Shown: positions 6,668-14,953, counted from the first letter of the stretch. The stretch is 32,000 nucleotides of DNA from Spirochaetia bacterium (GCA_963668315.1 OY764216.1:2389013-2421012); one strand, 5' to 3'. Made by a program: numbers and translations. The notes: generated by a model from the letters alone, not told the origin.

Positions 6668-8404
6668 CTAATGGGAATTTCCTCGATTTTTCCTGGCGTA
6701 ATCCTTTTTTCCGGCTGGTTTTGAGGACTTATACTCTTTTTTAGCCGGTTTGGAATCCAATTCCTTCACCTTAAGACGGCGTCCTTTATAGCTTGATCTT
6801 TTCAAGCCGGATAGAAGGGGGCCCACCATGGAATTTTCCACATAGACGATGGAACTCGACGGTCCGATATTGATTTTTCCAATCCCGATTTTATCACCCT
6901 TGCAGTGCCTGTTGATCAGGCCGATGATATCGGGGGGAATGATATTGTCCCGTTTTCCCACGCTGATGGAAACGGGAATAAATTCGCCCGGTTCATCTCT
7001 CCGGCTTTCCCGGGGCTCGGAACGGAATTCACCTTTGCGGTTATCTCTCCGATCACGATCACGATCACGATCACGTGAAGCGGGGGAGACAAGATCCTTT
7101 TCCTTCCCATAATATTCCAGGAAGCGGTTGAACTCAAGAGAAATGAAACGATGGATAATCTCTTCCCTGCTCAGTCCGGCGAATTTTTCCTCCACCGCTT
7201 CCAGGTAGGGGCCGATCTGTTCTTCATCCACCCGTACTCCCACGGCCCTTTCGATAAGCAGCATCAGCTGGGATTCGCAGATATCACGTCCGGTGGGTAC
7301 GTCCTTGAACTCAATATGACGGCCCAGAACTTTTTCGATCTTTCTTATCCGGTATTTTTCCTTCATATTGATGATCGCGTAGGAGCAGCCCTTATTACCC
7401 GCCCTGCCGGTACGTCCGCTTCTGTGATTGTAGACTTCTATCTCGTCGGGAAGGTCGAAGTGTATGACATGGGTCAGGTCGTTTACGTCCAGTCCCCGGG
7501 CGGCGATATCGGTGGCGACAAGCAGCTGAAGGCTTCTGTCACGGAACTTCTTCATGACGTATTCACGCTGATTCTGGGACAGATCGCCGTGAAGGGCGTC
7601 GGTAGGATAGCCCTCTTTTATCATTTTGTCGGCAATCTGCTGGCAGGCTACCCGGGTCCGGCAGAAAATGATGCCGTATATTCCGGGATTTCCGTCCACA
7701 AGACGCTTCAGAGCCTTGTATTTGTCCTTGGCATGGACCATGTAGCAGCTGTGCTCAACATTGGGATTTCCCTTGTTTTTCTCACCCGCCGTGATCTCCG
7801 CCGGTTCTTTCATATACTCCCGGGCGATCCGGGCCACTTCGGCAGGCATGGTGGCCGAAAGGAGAAGAGACTGCCTTTCGGCGGGAGCCGCTTCCAGAAT
7901 CGCGTCGAGCTCATCCTTGAAGCCCATGTTCAGCATGACATCAGCTTCGTCAAGGACGAGAAAACGCAGTTTATCCAGCTGTGCCGCTCCCTTTTTGATC
8001 AGGTCAAGAAGACGGCCCGGGGTGGCGATGATAATCTGAGAACCCTCCCTGAGCGCTTTCAGCTGGGGGGGGAACGGGGCGCCTCCGTAAACGGGAGTCA
8101 GCCTGACCCCTTTCATATAACGGGCGAACTTCTCCATCTCTCCGGCGATCTGCATACACAGTTCCCTGGTGGGGGACAGAATGAGTCCCTGGGTGAATTT
8201 TTCATTCTCGTTGATTAAGTTGAGCATGGGAAGGCCGAAGGCGGCGGTTTTTCCCGATCCGGTCTCGGCCAGTCCGATAAGATCTCCCTGATCGGACAGT
8301 ATCCGGGGAATAACCTTCTCCTGGATGGGGGTCGGCGTTTCATAGCCCATGGCTTCTATTGCCTTGAGAAGCTCTTCTCTCAGGGCCAGTTCGTTAAATG
8401 TCAA
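6668..8404 (-). CDS. DEAD-box ATP-dependent RNA helicase with C-terminal DbpA-type RNA-binding domain (578 aa)
   Basis: Q motif (TPTPIQ), motif I (AETGSGKTAAF), motif II (VLDEAD), motif III (SAT) and motif VI (HRSGRTGRAG) are all present. The C-terminal GKINIGPSSSIVYV...YKGRRLKVKEL resembles the DbpA domain. Start moved to TTG 8404: GGAGGAG lies 9 nt upstream and the product then begins MTFNELAL. The track ATG 8524 sits inside the -10 element of a strong candidate promoter and has no SD. Confidence 0.9.
   Translation of the reverse strand: MTFNELALREELLKAIEAMGYETPTPIQEKVIPRILSDQGDLIGLAETGSGKTAAFGLPMLNLINENEKFTQGLILSPTRELCMQIAGEMEKFARYMKGVRLTPVYGGAPFPPQLKALREGSQIIIATPGRLLDLIKKGAAQLDKLRFLVLDEADVMLNMGFKDELDAILEAAPAERQSLLLSATMPAEVARIAREYMKEPAEITAGEKNKGNPNVEHSCYMVHAKDKYKALKRLVDGNPGIYGIIFCRTRVACQQIADKMIKEGYPTDALHGDLSQNQREYVMKKFRDRSLQLLVATDIAARGLDVNDLTHVIHFDLPDEIEVYNHRSGRTGRAGNKGCSYAIINMKEKYRIRKIEKVLGRHIEFKDVPTGRDICESQLMLLIERAVGVRVDEEQIGPYLEAVEEKFAGLSREEIIHRFISLEFNRFLEYYGKEKDLVSPASRDRDRDRDRRDNRKGEFRSEPRESRRDEPGEFIPVSISVGKRDNIIPPDIIGLINRHCKGDKIGIGKINIGPSSSIVYVENSMVGPLLSGLKRSSYKGRRLKVKELDSKPAKKEYKSSKPAGKKDYARKNRGNSH
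7051..7074. repeat. (GATCAC)x4 hexanucleotide tandem repeat inside the helicase CDS
   Basis: Four perfect GATCAC units encode the (RD)4 stretch of the basic/acidic linker RDRDRDRDRRDNR. Each unit carries a GATC site. Confidence 0.9.
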
Positions 8405-8522
8405 ATGTGATTTCTCCTCCCCGGATAGGGTGCCGGATGGTGTAATTAATTCGGACACCGGGGTACATGTTTTTATCGGTCCGAAAGGATAGGCGGACCT
8501 TGTTTGATTAAATATCCGCTGC

Positions 8523-8551
8523 ATATTAAGTTAAAGATTCATCCCTGTCAA
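8523..8551 (-). promoter_or_regulatory. Sigma70-type promoter candidate for the DEAD-box helicase
   Basis: The minus strand reads TTGACA (rc 8546-8551), a 17-nt spacer, then TAATAT (rc 8523-8528). It predicts a structured 5' UTR of about 110 nt that includes hairpin GGUCCG-N10-CGGACC. Confidence 0.5.
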
Positions 8552-8570
8552 GGAGGGCAGGCTGGAAAAG

Positions 8571-9350
8571 CTAAAATATGATGCCTCCTTCCATGGTGAC
8601 CCTTACGAATCCCTGGGCCCCGAAGTAGTCGTTTTCGAATCCCTCTCCCGTCTCTCCGGAGAAGAGATAGGCTTCCGGATTAAGCTGAAGTCCCAGGCGC
8701 AGGTGATCCGTATGGAGCAGGTCCACTCCCGCGCAGACACCCAGGGAAAGTCCCCCCACCGTATCGCTGAATATGGTGTCGCCTCCGGCGGTGAGGGGAT
8801 TCTCGAAGGACCAGGTCATATAAATCCCCCCTATGCGGGCTCCGGCGTAGGGAGAGAAAAATGTCATTCCCCGAAACGGATATAACCGCCCCTCAAGCCC
8901 CGCATTCAGGAGAAGCGCGCTCTGGCCTATGGACAGATAGACCGGGTGGTGCTTATCCGTCTCCAGTGAGTGAATTCCGCCGTAGACCAGCAAATCCACC
9001 AGGCCCTCTCCTTCAAAGCCCAGGGCAATCTCCAGTCCTCTTTGACGGGAAAAGTAGGGGGAGCCCCCCAGACTGTCGCCGTAGCGAAGTGCCAGCTCCA
9101 GGGGGCCGTTATAGGGATCTCCGGCCGTGTCGCCCGTATAGGGGTCATCGTTATCGGGGTAGTAATCGTCGTCATCGTCCCTTTCCCACCAGGGATCGGG
9201 ATCATCGGGGACTTCCCGGCTGCCTTCGTGGTCGTCCCGGGCTTTGTCCATGGCATCGGAGAGGCTCCCCCTGCTGCGGGGGGAACCGGTTGTGCACCCG
9301 GTCAGACCGAGCAGGCTTATGGTTAAGCAGAGGCATATCACTCTTTTCAT
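8571..9350 (-). CDS. Putative outer-membrane lipoprotein with acidic linker and beta-barrel-like C-terminus (259 aa)
   Basis: Start moved to ATG 9350, which gives the signal peptide MKRVICLCLTISLLGLTGC with lipobox LTGC. A D/P/Y-rich linker follows. The C-terminal part has alternating hydrophobic strands and ends in ...VTMEGGIIF, with the aromatic last residue typical of outer-membrane proteins. Confidence 0.6.
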   Translation of the reverse strand: MKRVICLCLTISLLGLTGCTTGSPRSRGSLSDAMDKARDDHEGSREVPDDPDPWWERDDDDDYYPDNDDPYTGDTAGDPYNGPLELALRYGDSLGGSPYFSRQRGLEIALGFEGEGLVDLLVYGGIHSLETDKHHPVYLSIGQSALLLNAGLEGRLYPFRGMTFFSPYAGARIGGIYMTWSFENPLTAGGDTIFSDTVGGLSLGVCAGVDLLHTDHLRLGLQLNPEAYLFSGETGEGFENDYFGAQGFVRVTMEGGIIF

Positions 9351-9492
9351 ATAACTATTATAGTTCACGGGAGGGTTAAAATACAAAAAAACGTAGAGTG
9401 GGACATTATATGTCCCTCCCCCTGTCCTATCCTGTATGCGAAGCGGGGAAGGGAATCCGGAAGGGCCGCCCCGCCTCATAAGGAGGACAGAT

Positions 9493-9678
9493 ATGATCTG
9501 GCAGAATATCATCAATCACATTCTCGCGCTTTTCTCTCTGGCTGTTCTGGGATTTACCCTGCCGGCCCTTGTCGTTTCCATCGGGCAGCTCTGGAGGAAG
9601 GAGAGCGGGATTAAAGGACAAAAAGGGAAAAAACCGCCAGTTCCCGGGGATCGGACGCCCGGTAGTTTACCGTCGTAG
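9493..9678 (+). CDS. Small single-pass membrane protein, 61 aa (hypothetical)
   Basis: AAGGAGG at 9480-9486 lies 6 nt before ATG 9493. The product is MIWQNIINHILALFSLAVLGFTLPALVVSIGQLWRKESGIKGQKGKKPPVPGDRTPGSLPS, one hydrophobic helix followed by a K/P-rich tail. It is in frame with track ORF 9436-9678. Its last 68 nt overlap the 3' end of the convergent 9611-10405 gene. Confidence 0.45.
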   Translation: MIWQNIINHILALFSLAVLGFTLPALVVSIGQLWRKESGIKGQKGKKPPVPGDRTPGSLPS

Positions 9679-10405
9679 GATCGGTCAGAGTCGCTCCGGG
9701 GAAATGGGACATACGGAAAGCTTTGAAATGGTCACGGAAAGTCACATCCACATTCACGGGGAACTCCGGTTTGAAGCGGATGGACTTTCTGTTCTCCACG
9801 GCAGACCGGGCGGACTCTTCTATCAGGGCGACCGCCTTGTCGGGGTGCATATTGAATGTCGCTCCGCCCACGCCTTTCTTCACGGCGACCGTGGCGATAT
9901 TCTCCACAAAATCGGCGGCATTGCGGCATTGCAGATGATCGCTCGATATAAAGAGGGGAGGCACGCTGTAGCCGGAGGCGATGAGGGCATGGAGTTCGAA
10001 CTCCCCGGCCGGCCGGCCGTTTATCCTGACCGTGTAGGGCTGTGTGGTCATGGTGTGGGAGAGGGGATTGCCTTCAAGGCCGCTTCCCGAGTGGTAGCCC
10101 ACGAACATGATGCCGTCGAAGCTCTCATCCAGACCGGAGATCATAATGTCCGGATCGCCCGTCCAGCCCCGGATGAGAGTCGCCTCCCGGGGAAGATCTT
10201 CGGGAATGATATTTCTGCCCGAGGAGTGGGCGTCCTTGACGAAAATCTCCGTGGCGCCTCCCGCCAGGGCTCCCCGGCAGCAGGCGGCCGTTTCCCTTGT
10301 CATCTGACGGGCGAAGGGTGAGTAGTCGGCCTTGCCCTTTTCCGTTTCATCCCAGTGGGTGACGCCTGTCACCCCTTCTATGTCGGCGCTGATAAAAATT
10401 TTCAC
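9611..10405 (-). CDS. D-aminopeptidase, peptidase M55 (DppA-like), 264 aa, GTG start
   Basis: MKIFISADIEGVTGVTHWDE...FVKDAHSSGRN...FVGYHSGSG matches the N-terminal signature of DppA/M55 peptidases. The start is GTG (rc 10403-10405), with GGGAG upstream. Confidence 0.8.
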   Translation of the reverse strand: MKIFISADIEGVTGVTHWDETEKGKADYSPFARQMTRETAACCRGALAGGATEIFVKDAHSSGRNIIPEDLPREATLIRGWTGDPDIMISGLDESFDGIMFVGYHSGSGLEGNPLSHTMTTQPYTVRINGRPAGEFELHALIASGYSVPPLFISSDHLQCRNAADFVENIATVAVKKGVGGATFNMHPDKAVALIEESARSAVENRKSIRFKPEFPVNVDVTFRDHFKAFRMSHFPGATLTDPTTVNYRASDPRELAVFSLFVL

Positions 10406-10410
10406 GATGA

Positions 10411-11349
10411 TTACTCCCGGTTATGATTTTCTATGATTTCCAGAGTGCGAAGTGTGCTGTTCATCCGGCATTGCACCCCGTAGGGCAGGGCCATCTGATT
10501 GTTGACATGGCCGAAGGAGACGTTCATGAGAACCGGTTTTCCCTCCGGTGCGATGATCTCCCGGAAAATTTCTTCCAGTGTCAGGGAATAATCGGGATTA
10601 TTCGGTTCGCACCGGGTCCACGTCCCGAGAAGTACTCCCCGGCAGCGGCGGAATTTTCCGGCCAGCCTCAGAGCCGTCAGCATGCGGTCTATCCGGTAGG
10701 GCTCCTCATCGATGTCTTCGATAAAGAAGATACGGTCTTTTGTCTCAACTTCGTAGGGAGAGCCCAGAGTGGCGGCCAGCAGACTCAGGTTGCCCCCGGT
10801 GAGCGGACCCTCCGCTGATCCCGGGACAAGTGAGACCGGTTCAATGCCGGGAGGATTCACTCTCCGGCCGAGGGGATTCGGGGAAAACAGGATCTCCTCG
10901 GCGGCTCGGTCGGCATAGGCGTCGGCGGGGGAAATTCCCATGGGGCCATGATAGGTCACCAGGCCGCATTTCTGGTGGAGGGCGATATGCAGGGCGGTGA
11001 TATCGCTGTATCCCAGGAAAACCTTGGGGTTGGCGCGGATCAACTCGTAATCGATCCTGTCAAGAAGACGGGGTGTCCCGTAGCCGCCCCGCAGGCAGAT
11101 GATACCCTTGTAGCGGCTGTCGGAGAAGGCCTTATGGAGGTCGGCCAGGCGCAGGTTATCCGTGCCGGAGAGGTAACCGTGGCGGGAACGGCAGCTCTCC
11201 AGAAACTCCGGCACCAGCCCCCAGGAGCGGATTTTTCTATCAGCCCCGTCCAGGGTGCCCGACAAGTCTGATTTTACTGCGGCTGAGGGGGCTATCACCG
11301 CGACGGTATCCCCTTTTTTCAAGGGCCGGGGTTTAATGAGAGTCTCCAC
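10411..11349 (-). CDS. LD-carboxypeptidase, peptidase S66 (LdcA/MccF family), 312 aa, GTG start
   Basis: LKKGDTVAVIAPSAAV, GYLSGTDNLRLADLHKAF, GIICLRGGYGTPRLL, the nucleophile motif GYSDITALH and FGHV near the C-terminus are all typical of S66 peptidases. Confidence 0.8.
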   Translation of the reverse strand: METLIKPRPLKKGDTVAVIAPSAAVKSDLSGTLDGADRKIRSWGLVPEFLESCRSRHGYLSGTDNLRLADLHKAFSDSRYKGIICLRGGYGTPRLLDRIDYELIRANPKVFLGYSDITALHIALHQKCGLVTYHGPMGISPADAYADRAAEEILFSPNPLGRRVNPPGIEPVSLVPGSAEGPLTGGNLSLLAATLGSPYEVETKDRIFFIEDIDEEPYRIDRMLTALRLAGKFRRCRGVLLGTWTRCEPNNPDYSLTLEEIFREIIAPEGKPVLMNVSFGHVNNQMALPYGVQCRMNSTLRTLEIIENHNRE

Positions 11350-11355
11350 GGCTTT

Positions 11356-13359
11356 TTAGAACTGGCTGGGGTGCTTGGGAAAGAAGTCCACCCGGGGTTC
11401 GAGGAACTTGAGCTTATGGTTTTCCCCGTCCTCCACAAAGGAGTAGACCGGCTCGAAGCAGTGCTCCCAGTTAAAGAAGTCCTCCGAGGCTCCCAGGTAT
11501 TCCCGCACCATCTCCGTTCCCGTGGGGGCGATGGGGTGCAGCATGAGAACCGCCGTTCTGACCATGTGGAAAACATTGACCAGTATCGGGCCTATCTCAT
11601 CGGCTTCCATTTCGTTCTGCACATTCTTCGCCCAGTATTTACTGACAGACCGAACATACTTGTCCAGAACCGACATGGCCCGGTGGAACTCCTGGCGGTG
11701 CATGGTAATCTCCCACTCCATGATGGCCTGATCCGCCTCATCCTTCACTTCCTGATCAATCTCGCCGAAGGGCAGATTTCCGTCGAAGTATTTCTGGGCC
11801 GTGTAGAAACAGGATCGGCAGAGACGGTTCATCACGTTGCTCAGAAGGTTTCCCTCCTTGAGAACCGGATCGGCATCCTTGGGCTGGGCGTCCGGATTAA
11901 AAGGCTTGGGCCGGAAGCTGATGGGGCGCATGCCCAGGCCCAGGGAAAAGAAATGGGCCCTGAGCTGTTCCGGGGTGTAGTAATCGAGCAGATCCATGGC
12001 CATGATCGGTTTTTCCTCTCCCGAGGAGGAGACCTTTTTGTCTCCCTGGAGCAGGTGGCAGTTGGCCACAAGGCGGGGAAGCTGCAGCTCCCCTTCGGCC
12101 GGATCGGCATGGGGCGTCTTCGACTCGAAGCCCATGAAAATGGACATCTCCGCCAGGGAGTAGAAATAAATATTATCCTCGCCGATAAACTGGTAGACTC
12201 CGGCGTCCTTGCTGGACCACCAATTCTTCCACTCCTCCTTGTCCTTTCCCAGAGATTCCAGGTAGGTGGAGGTGAAGGAGATAGGCGTCCAGAGCGATTC
12301 GGGCCAGACCCAGAAAGTCAGATCCTTCAGATCCTCCAGGTCGGGGGCGGGAAGACTCCAGTCCACGTTACCGGTCATTCTAAAGGGGGTCAGGGTCTTT
12401 CCGGCGCGGAAGCGGATATCCGTCTTGTTCAGAATCTCCGCCGCCTGCTCCCGCTCTTCCAGATTCCGGAATTCCAGGATAATCGACTTCTTATCCTCCC
12501 GCACCTCATGGGGAATCCCCAGGTCCACCTTCTTCAGGTCCTCCTCGAAGTCCTGCATGACGTAAAGCACGGGCGGTTCAAGGAACTCCTTGACCGTGGA
12601 AATCACATTTTTCCGGTAGCCGGGAATATCGGAAAGGGAGTCGGCCCACTCGGTCAGCTCCTTGCGGAAGGCGGGCAGGTCTATATACCAGTTGCTCACC
12701 TCGCGCATCTCAGGCGTTTCCCCGGTGAGGGAACTCTTGGGGTTGATCAGATCCTTGGGCTCGTAGGGATGGCCCAGATCGCACTCGTCGGCATAGCCCT
12801 TCTCGGAGCGGCAGCCCGGCACGGGACACTTTCCCACCACCTGGCGGCCGTTCAGATAGGCGCCCAGCTTGGCGTCGTAAAACTGGGGGGAACTGATCTT
12901 TTTCAGGTGCCCCTTTTCGTAAAGGCCCTTCAGAATCCGGGCGCCCAGCTCCTTGTGAACCTCTCCCGCCCGGCCGAAGGCGGAAGTCCCGTACAGATTA
13001 GGGGAAACGGAGTAGGCCTCCAGAATCTCCTTCTGGATCTTATGGTTGGACATGACGAAATCCTCGATGGACCCCTCAATCGTCCCGGCTTCCTTGCCCT
13101 TGCGGTAATACTCCACGATGGGCGAGCCGTAACAGTCGGTACCGGAAACGAAAATCACATTGTCCTTCCCGATCCTGTCCCGCATGAAACGGGCGAAAAT
13201 ATCCGCATGAACGAATACGCCGCCTATATGTCCCAGATGGAGAGACTTGTTCCCGTAAGGCATTCCTCCGGTAATCACGGCCCGCTGAGGGAAAGTCGGC
13301 CTTGTCTCTTTTGTCGGTTTCGCCGGTCCGTAATTGTTCTGATTATTGCCCTTGCTCAT
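11356..13359 (-). CDS. metG: Methionyl-tRNA synthetase (667 aa)
   Basis: Class I HIGH region (PYGNKSLHLGHIGG), the MetRS-type zinc knuckle (GKCPVPGCRSEKGYADECDLGHPYEPKDLINPKS) and a KMSKS-like KVSSSG are present. Start moved to ATG 13359, where AAGGAG lies 6 nt upstream. Confidence 0.85.
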   Translation of the reverse strand: MSKGNNQNNYGPAKPTKETRPTFPQRAVITGGMPYGNKSLHLGHIGGVFVHADIFARFMRDRIGKDNVIFVSGTDCYGSPIVEYYRKGKEAGTIEGSIEDFVMSNHKIQKEILEAYSVSPNLYGTSAFGRAGEVHKELGARILKGLYEKGHLKKISSPQFYDAKLGAYLNGRQVVGKCPVPGCRSEKGYADECDLGHPYEPKDLINPKSSLTGETPEMREVSNWYIDLPAFRKELTEWADSLSDIPGYRKNVISTVKEFLEPPVLYVMQDFEEDLKKVDLGIPHEVREDKKSIILEFRNLEEREQAAEILNKTDIRFRAGKTLTPFRMTGNVDWSLPAPDLEDLKDLTFWVWPESLWTPISFTSTYLESLGKDKEEWKNWWSSKDAGVYQFIGEDNIYFYSLAEMSIFMGFESKTPHADPAEGELQLPRLVANCHLLQGDKKVSSSGEEKPIMAMDLLDYYTPEQLRAHFFSLGLGMRPISFRPKPFNPDAQPKDADPVLKEGNLLSNVMNRLCRSCFYTAQKYFDGNLPFGEIDQEVKDEADQAIMEWEITMHRQEFHRAMSVLDKYVRSVSKYWAKNVQNEMEADEIGPILVNVFHMVRTAVLMLHPIAPTGTEMVREYLGASEDFFNWEHCFEPVYSFVEDGENHKLKFLEPRVDFFPKHPSQF

Positions 13360-13631
13360 CGGTCTCTCCTTATCAAAATTACATAAAGTAAGTAAAACCA
13401 TAAGATATCAGATGAGGTTGTTTAAGGCCATAGGGAGGGGAAGGAAATTAGTAAAAAAAGTAAGGGGCGGGGGGAGCTCCCGCTCCGCGGCAGCCGGGCT
13501 GTCCGCTCGAACGGGCTCCTCCCGGCGGCTTTTCCGGTTTTCCCTCCGGTCAACCCGGCCCCCGGGGCCCGTAACCGCTCCCATCCCTCTCCCGTCTCGG
13601 CGCTATGGGCAGAAGACTGGCCATTACACGC

Positions 13632-13657
13632 AAAAAAAACCGCCCCCGGAGGAGCGG
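13632..13657 (-). terminator. Intrinsic terminator of the outer-membrane protein gene
   Basis: The minus strand reads CCGCUCC, loop uccg, GGGGCGG (a 7-bp stem with one G-U pair, 13640-13657), then U8 (rc 13632-13639). Confidence 0.8.
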
Positions 13658-13694
13658 CTTATATTACCTGCGTAGGACGCGGGTAGGGTGTCTT

Positions 13695-14708
13695 CTAGTA
13701 GAAGTCGTAGAAGAGTTTGAGCTTGAAGGTGAACATGGATCTCTTATCGGCATTCTTACCCATGAGAGGGATATCATAGTTAGCTGCCACTTCAAAAGGT
13801 ATGCCTCCCGTATAGAAGAAGGAGAGCCCGGGGTTGATGGAGAATGAGTATGAATCATCATCCTGGCCTACGCCTTCCACGGTTGTTTCGCCTTTCATGC
13901 TGTATTTAACAGGCAAGCCGAAGCCCATGCTTCCCGTTTTGCTTAAGGTCAGATCGTAATGGGGTTCCAATTCGAAATCCAAGTAGATAGGGTATTCATA
14001 TTCATGTTTTACGGTTGCGGCTTCTGCTGCCGCAACTGCAACATTTAAAGGCTGTCCTAAAGTGTTGACGTAGTAACTAACAGTTCCGGCGTAGGTTGCC
14101 CCAGCTCCATCGTCATATCTTTCGTTGGGGAGATAATACTTTGTCTGATTATAAAGATTTACATAGAAATCTTTGTTGATCTGATAGTCAAAATAGAATC
14201 TGCCTCCAAAACCTAAGCTTTCGGTTTCACTTTGTGAAGCCAATCTGAAATCATCACCCGCCAGGGCATTTCTGCCTTCTTCAAGTCCATCAAGGGAATC
14301 GGCAGGAATAATTACGCCTGGAGCAAAGGCAAAGCGCATATCATCAGTCTTTAATACCTGTATCTTGGCCCCGACGAAAAAATCTGATATTCCAGTGAAT
14401 ATCAACTGGTCATTCAATGCTGCCAAAGCATCATTGGTATAATCATCTGCCAGCATTACGCCCGGTACCCACTGGACAGCGGCTGAAATTTTATCTGTTA
14501 TACCGAATTCAACAGCTGCCCCGAAATTATCAAAGAAATATTCTGTAGAATCTTGGGCTTCCCCATCATCATCATATGCCTGATCTGCAGTCAGGATTAA
14601 GTTAGCCAAAGTTAATCTCATTACACCGGAAGGCAGAACTTTTGCATCGTCAGCGAAAGCCGCAAAAGTTAGTGAAGCAAGTAAGACAGAAATAAGAATT
14701 TTCTTCAT
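13695..14708 (-). CDS. Outer-membrane beta-barrel protein (337 aa), family uncertain
   Basis: The signal peptide is MKKILISVLLASLTFAAFA/DD. Alternating-hydrophobic strands rich in Y, F and G run throughout. The C-terminal ...FKLKLFYDFY ends in an aromatic residue. SD AAAGGAG precedes the ATG. Confidence 0.65.
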   Translation of the reverse strand: MKKILISVLLASLTFAAFADDAKVLPSGVMRLTLANLILTADQAYDDDGEAQDSTEYFFDNFGAAVEFGITDKISAAVQWVPGVMLADDYTNDALAALNDQLIFTGISDFFVGAKIQVLKTDDMRFAFAPGVIIPADSLDGLEEGRNALAGDDFRLASQSETESLGFGGRFYFDYQINKDFYVNLYNQTKYYLPNERYDDGAGATYAGTVSYYVNTLGQPLNVAVAAAEAATVKHEYEYPIYLDFELEPHYDLTLSKTGSMGFGLPVKYSMKGETTVEGVGQDDDSYSFSINPGLSFFYTGGIPFEVAANYDIPLMGKNADKRSMFTFKLKLFYDFY

Positions 14709-14953
14709 GTATATCTCCTTTTTAAAAATCCTTATAGTCAGATTAGATTCTTGAATGGATAGTTGTCAATTGAAAATTGTGTAAATGATGGTCAAAAATG
14801 AATAATAAGATGGAAAAAGTGTTAGAAATGAAGAAAAATGCAATATGCACATAATGTGTAAAATATGCTTTGTATATGTATATTATATACAAGAAGTTAC
14901 GGTGATGCTTTTTTTGTGCATGATGGTTATGTAAATATGATTGCATATTTTGC

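Noticed and set aside
7051-7074. Possible CRISPR-like or regulatory repeat.
   Set aside because: It is only four contiguous 6-nt units with no spacers, and it is fully in frame within the helicase CDS. It is a coding microsatellite. I saw no CRISPR array anywhere in the window.
9400-9416. Hairpin GGGACAT-tat-ATGTCCC as a terminator for the metG-peptidase operon.
   Set aside because: The 7-bp stem is real. On the minus strand, however, the T7 run is separated from it by 8 nt, and the hairpin lies 195 nt past the stop codon. That is too irregular to call a terminator. It may instead belong to the promoter or upstream region of the lipoprotein gene.
11371-13386. A 671-aa plus-strand ORF spanning almost all of metG. 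Similar long antisense ORFs occur at 7151-8218, 9569-10321, 23145-24071, 26078-27754, 28141-29187, 30130-30879 and 31089-31856.
   Set aside because: For the four I checked (11371-13386, 7151-8218, 9569-10321 and 26078-27754), the ORF is in the same triplet register as the real gene on the opposite strand. Such a frame stays open simply because the sense gene avoids TTA, CTA and TCA codons. The products are low-complexity and rich in G, R, L, P and V, with no motifs, whereas the sense-strand products carry unambiguous family signatures. I treat all of them as shadow ORFs, not overlapping genes.
13360-13631. T-box, SAM riboswitch, c-di-GMP riboswitch or SRP RNA upstream of metG.
   Set aside because: I looked for the T-box GGTGGTACCGCG-like box, GEMM GGCAAACC...ACGCAAAGCC spacing, and the SRP CCGGAAGGAAGCAGCC loop. 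Only loose resemblance is present (CCGGAAAAGCCGCC), without the required helices. An Rfam scan is still needed.
13346-13675. 109-aa plus-strand ORF across the GC-rich island.
   Set aside because: Its R/S/P/G-rich product is typical of GC-rich non-coding sequence. It overlaps the metG start on the opposite strand and has no SD.
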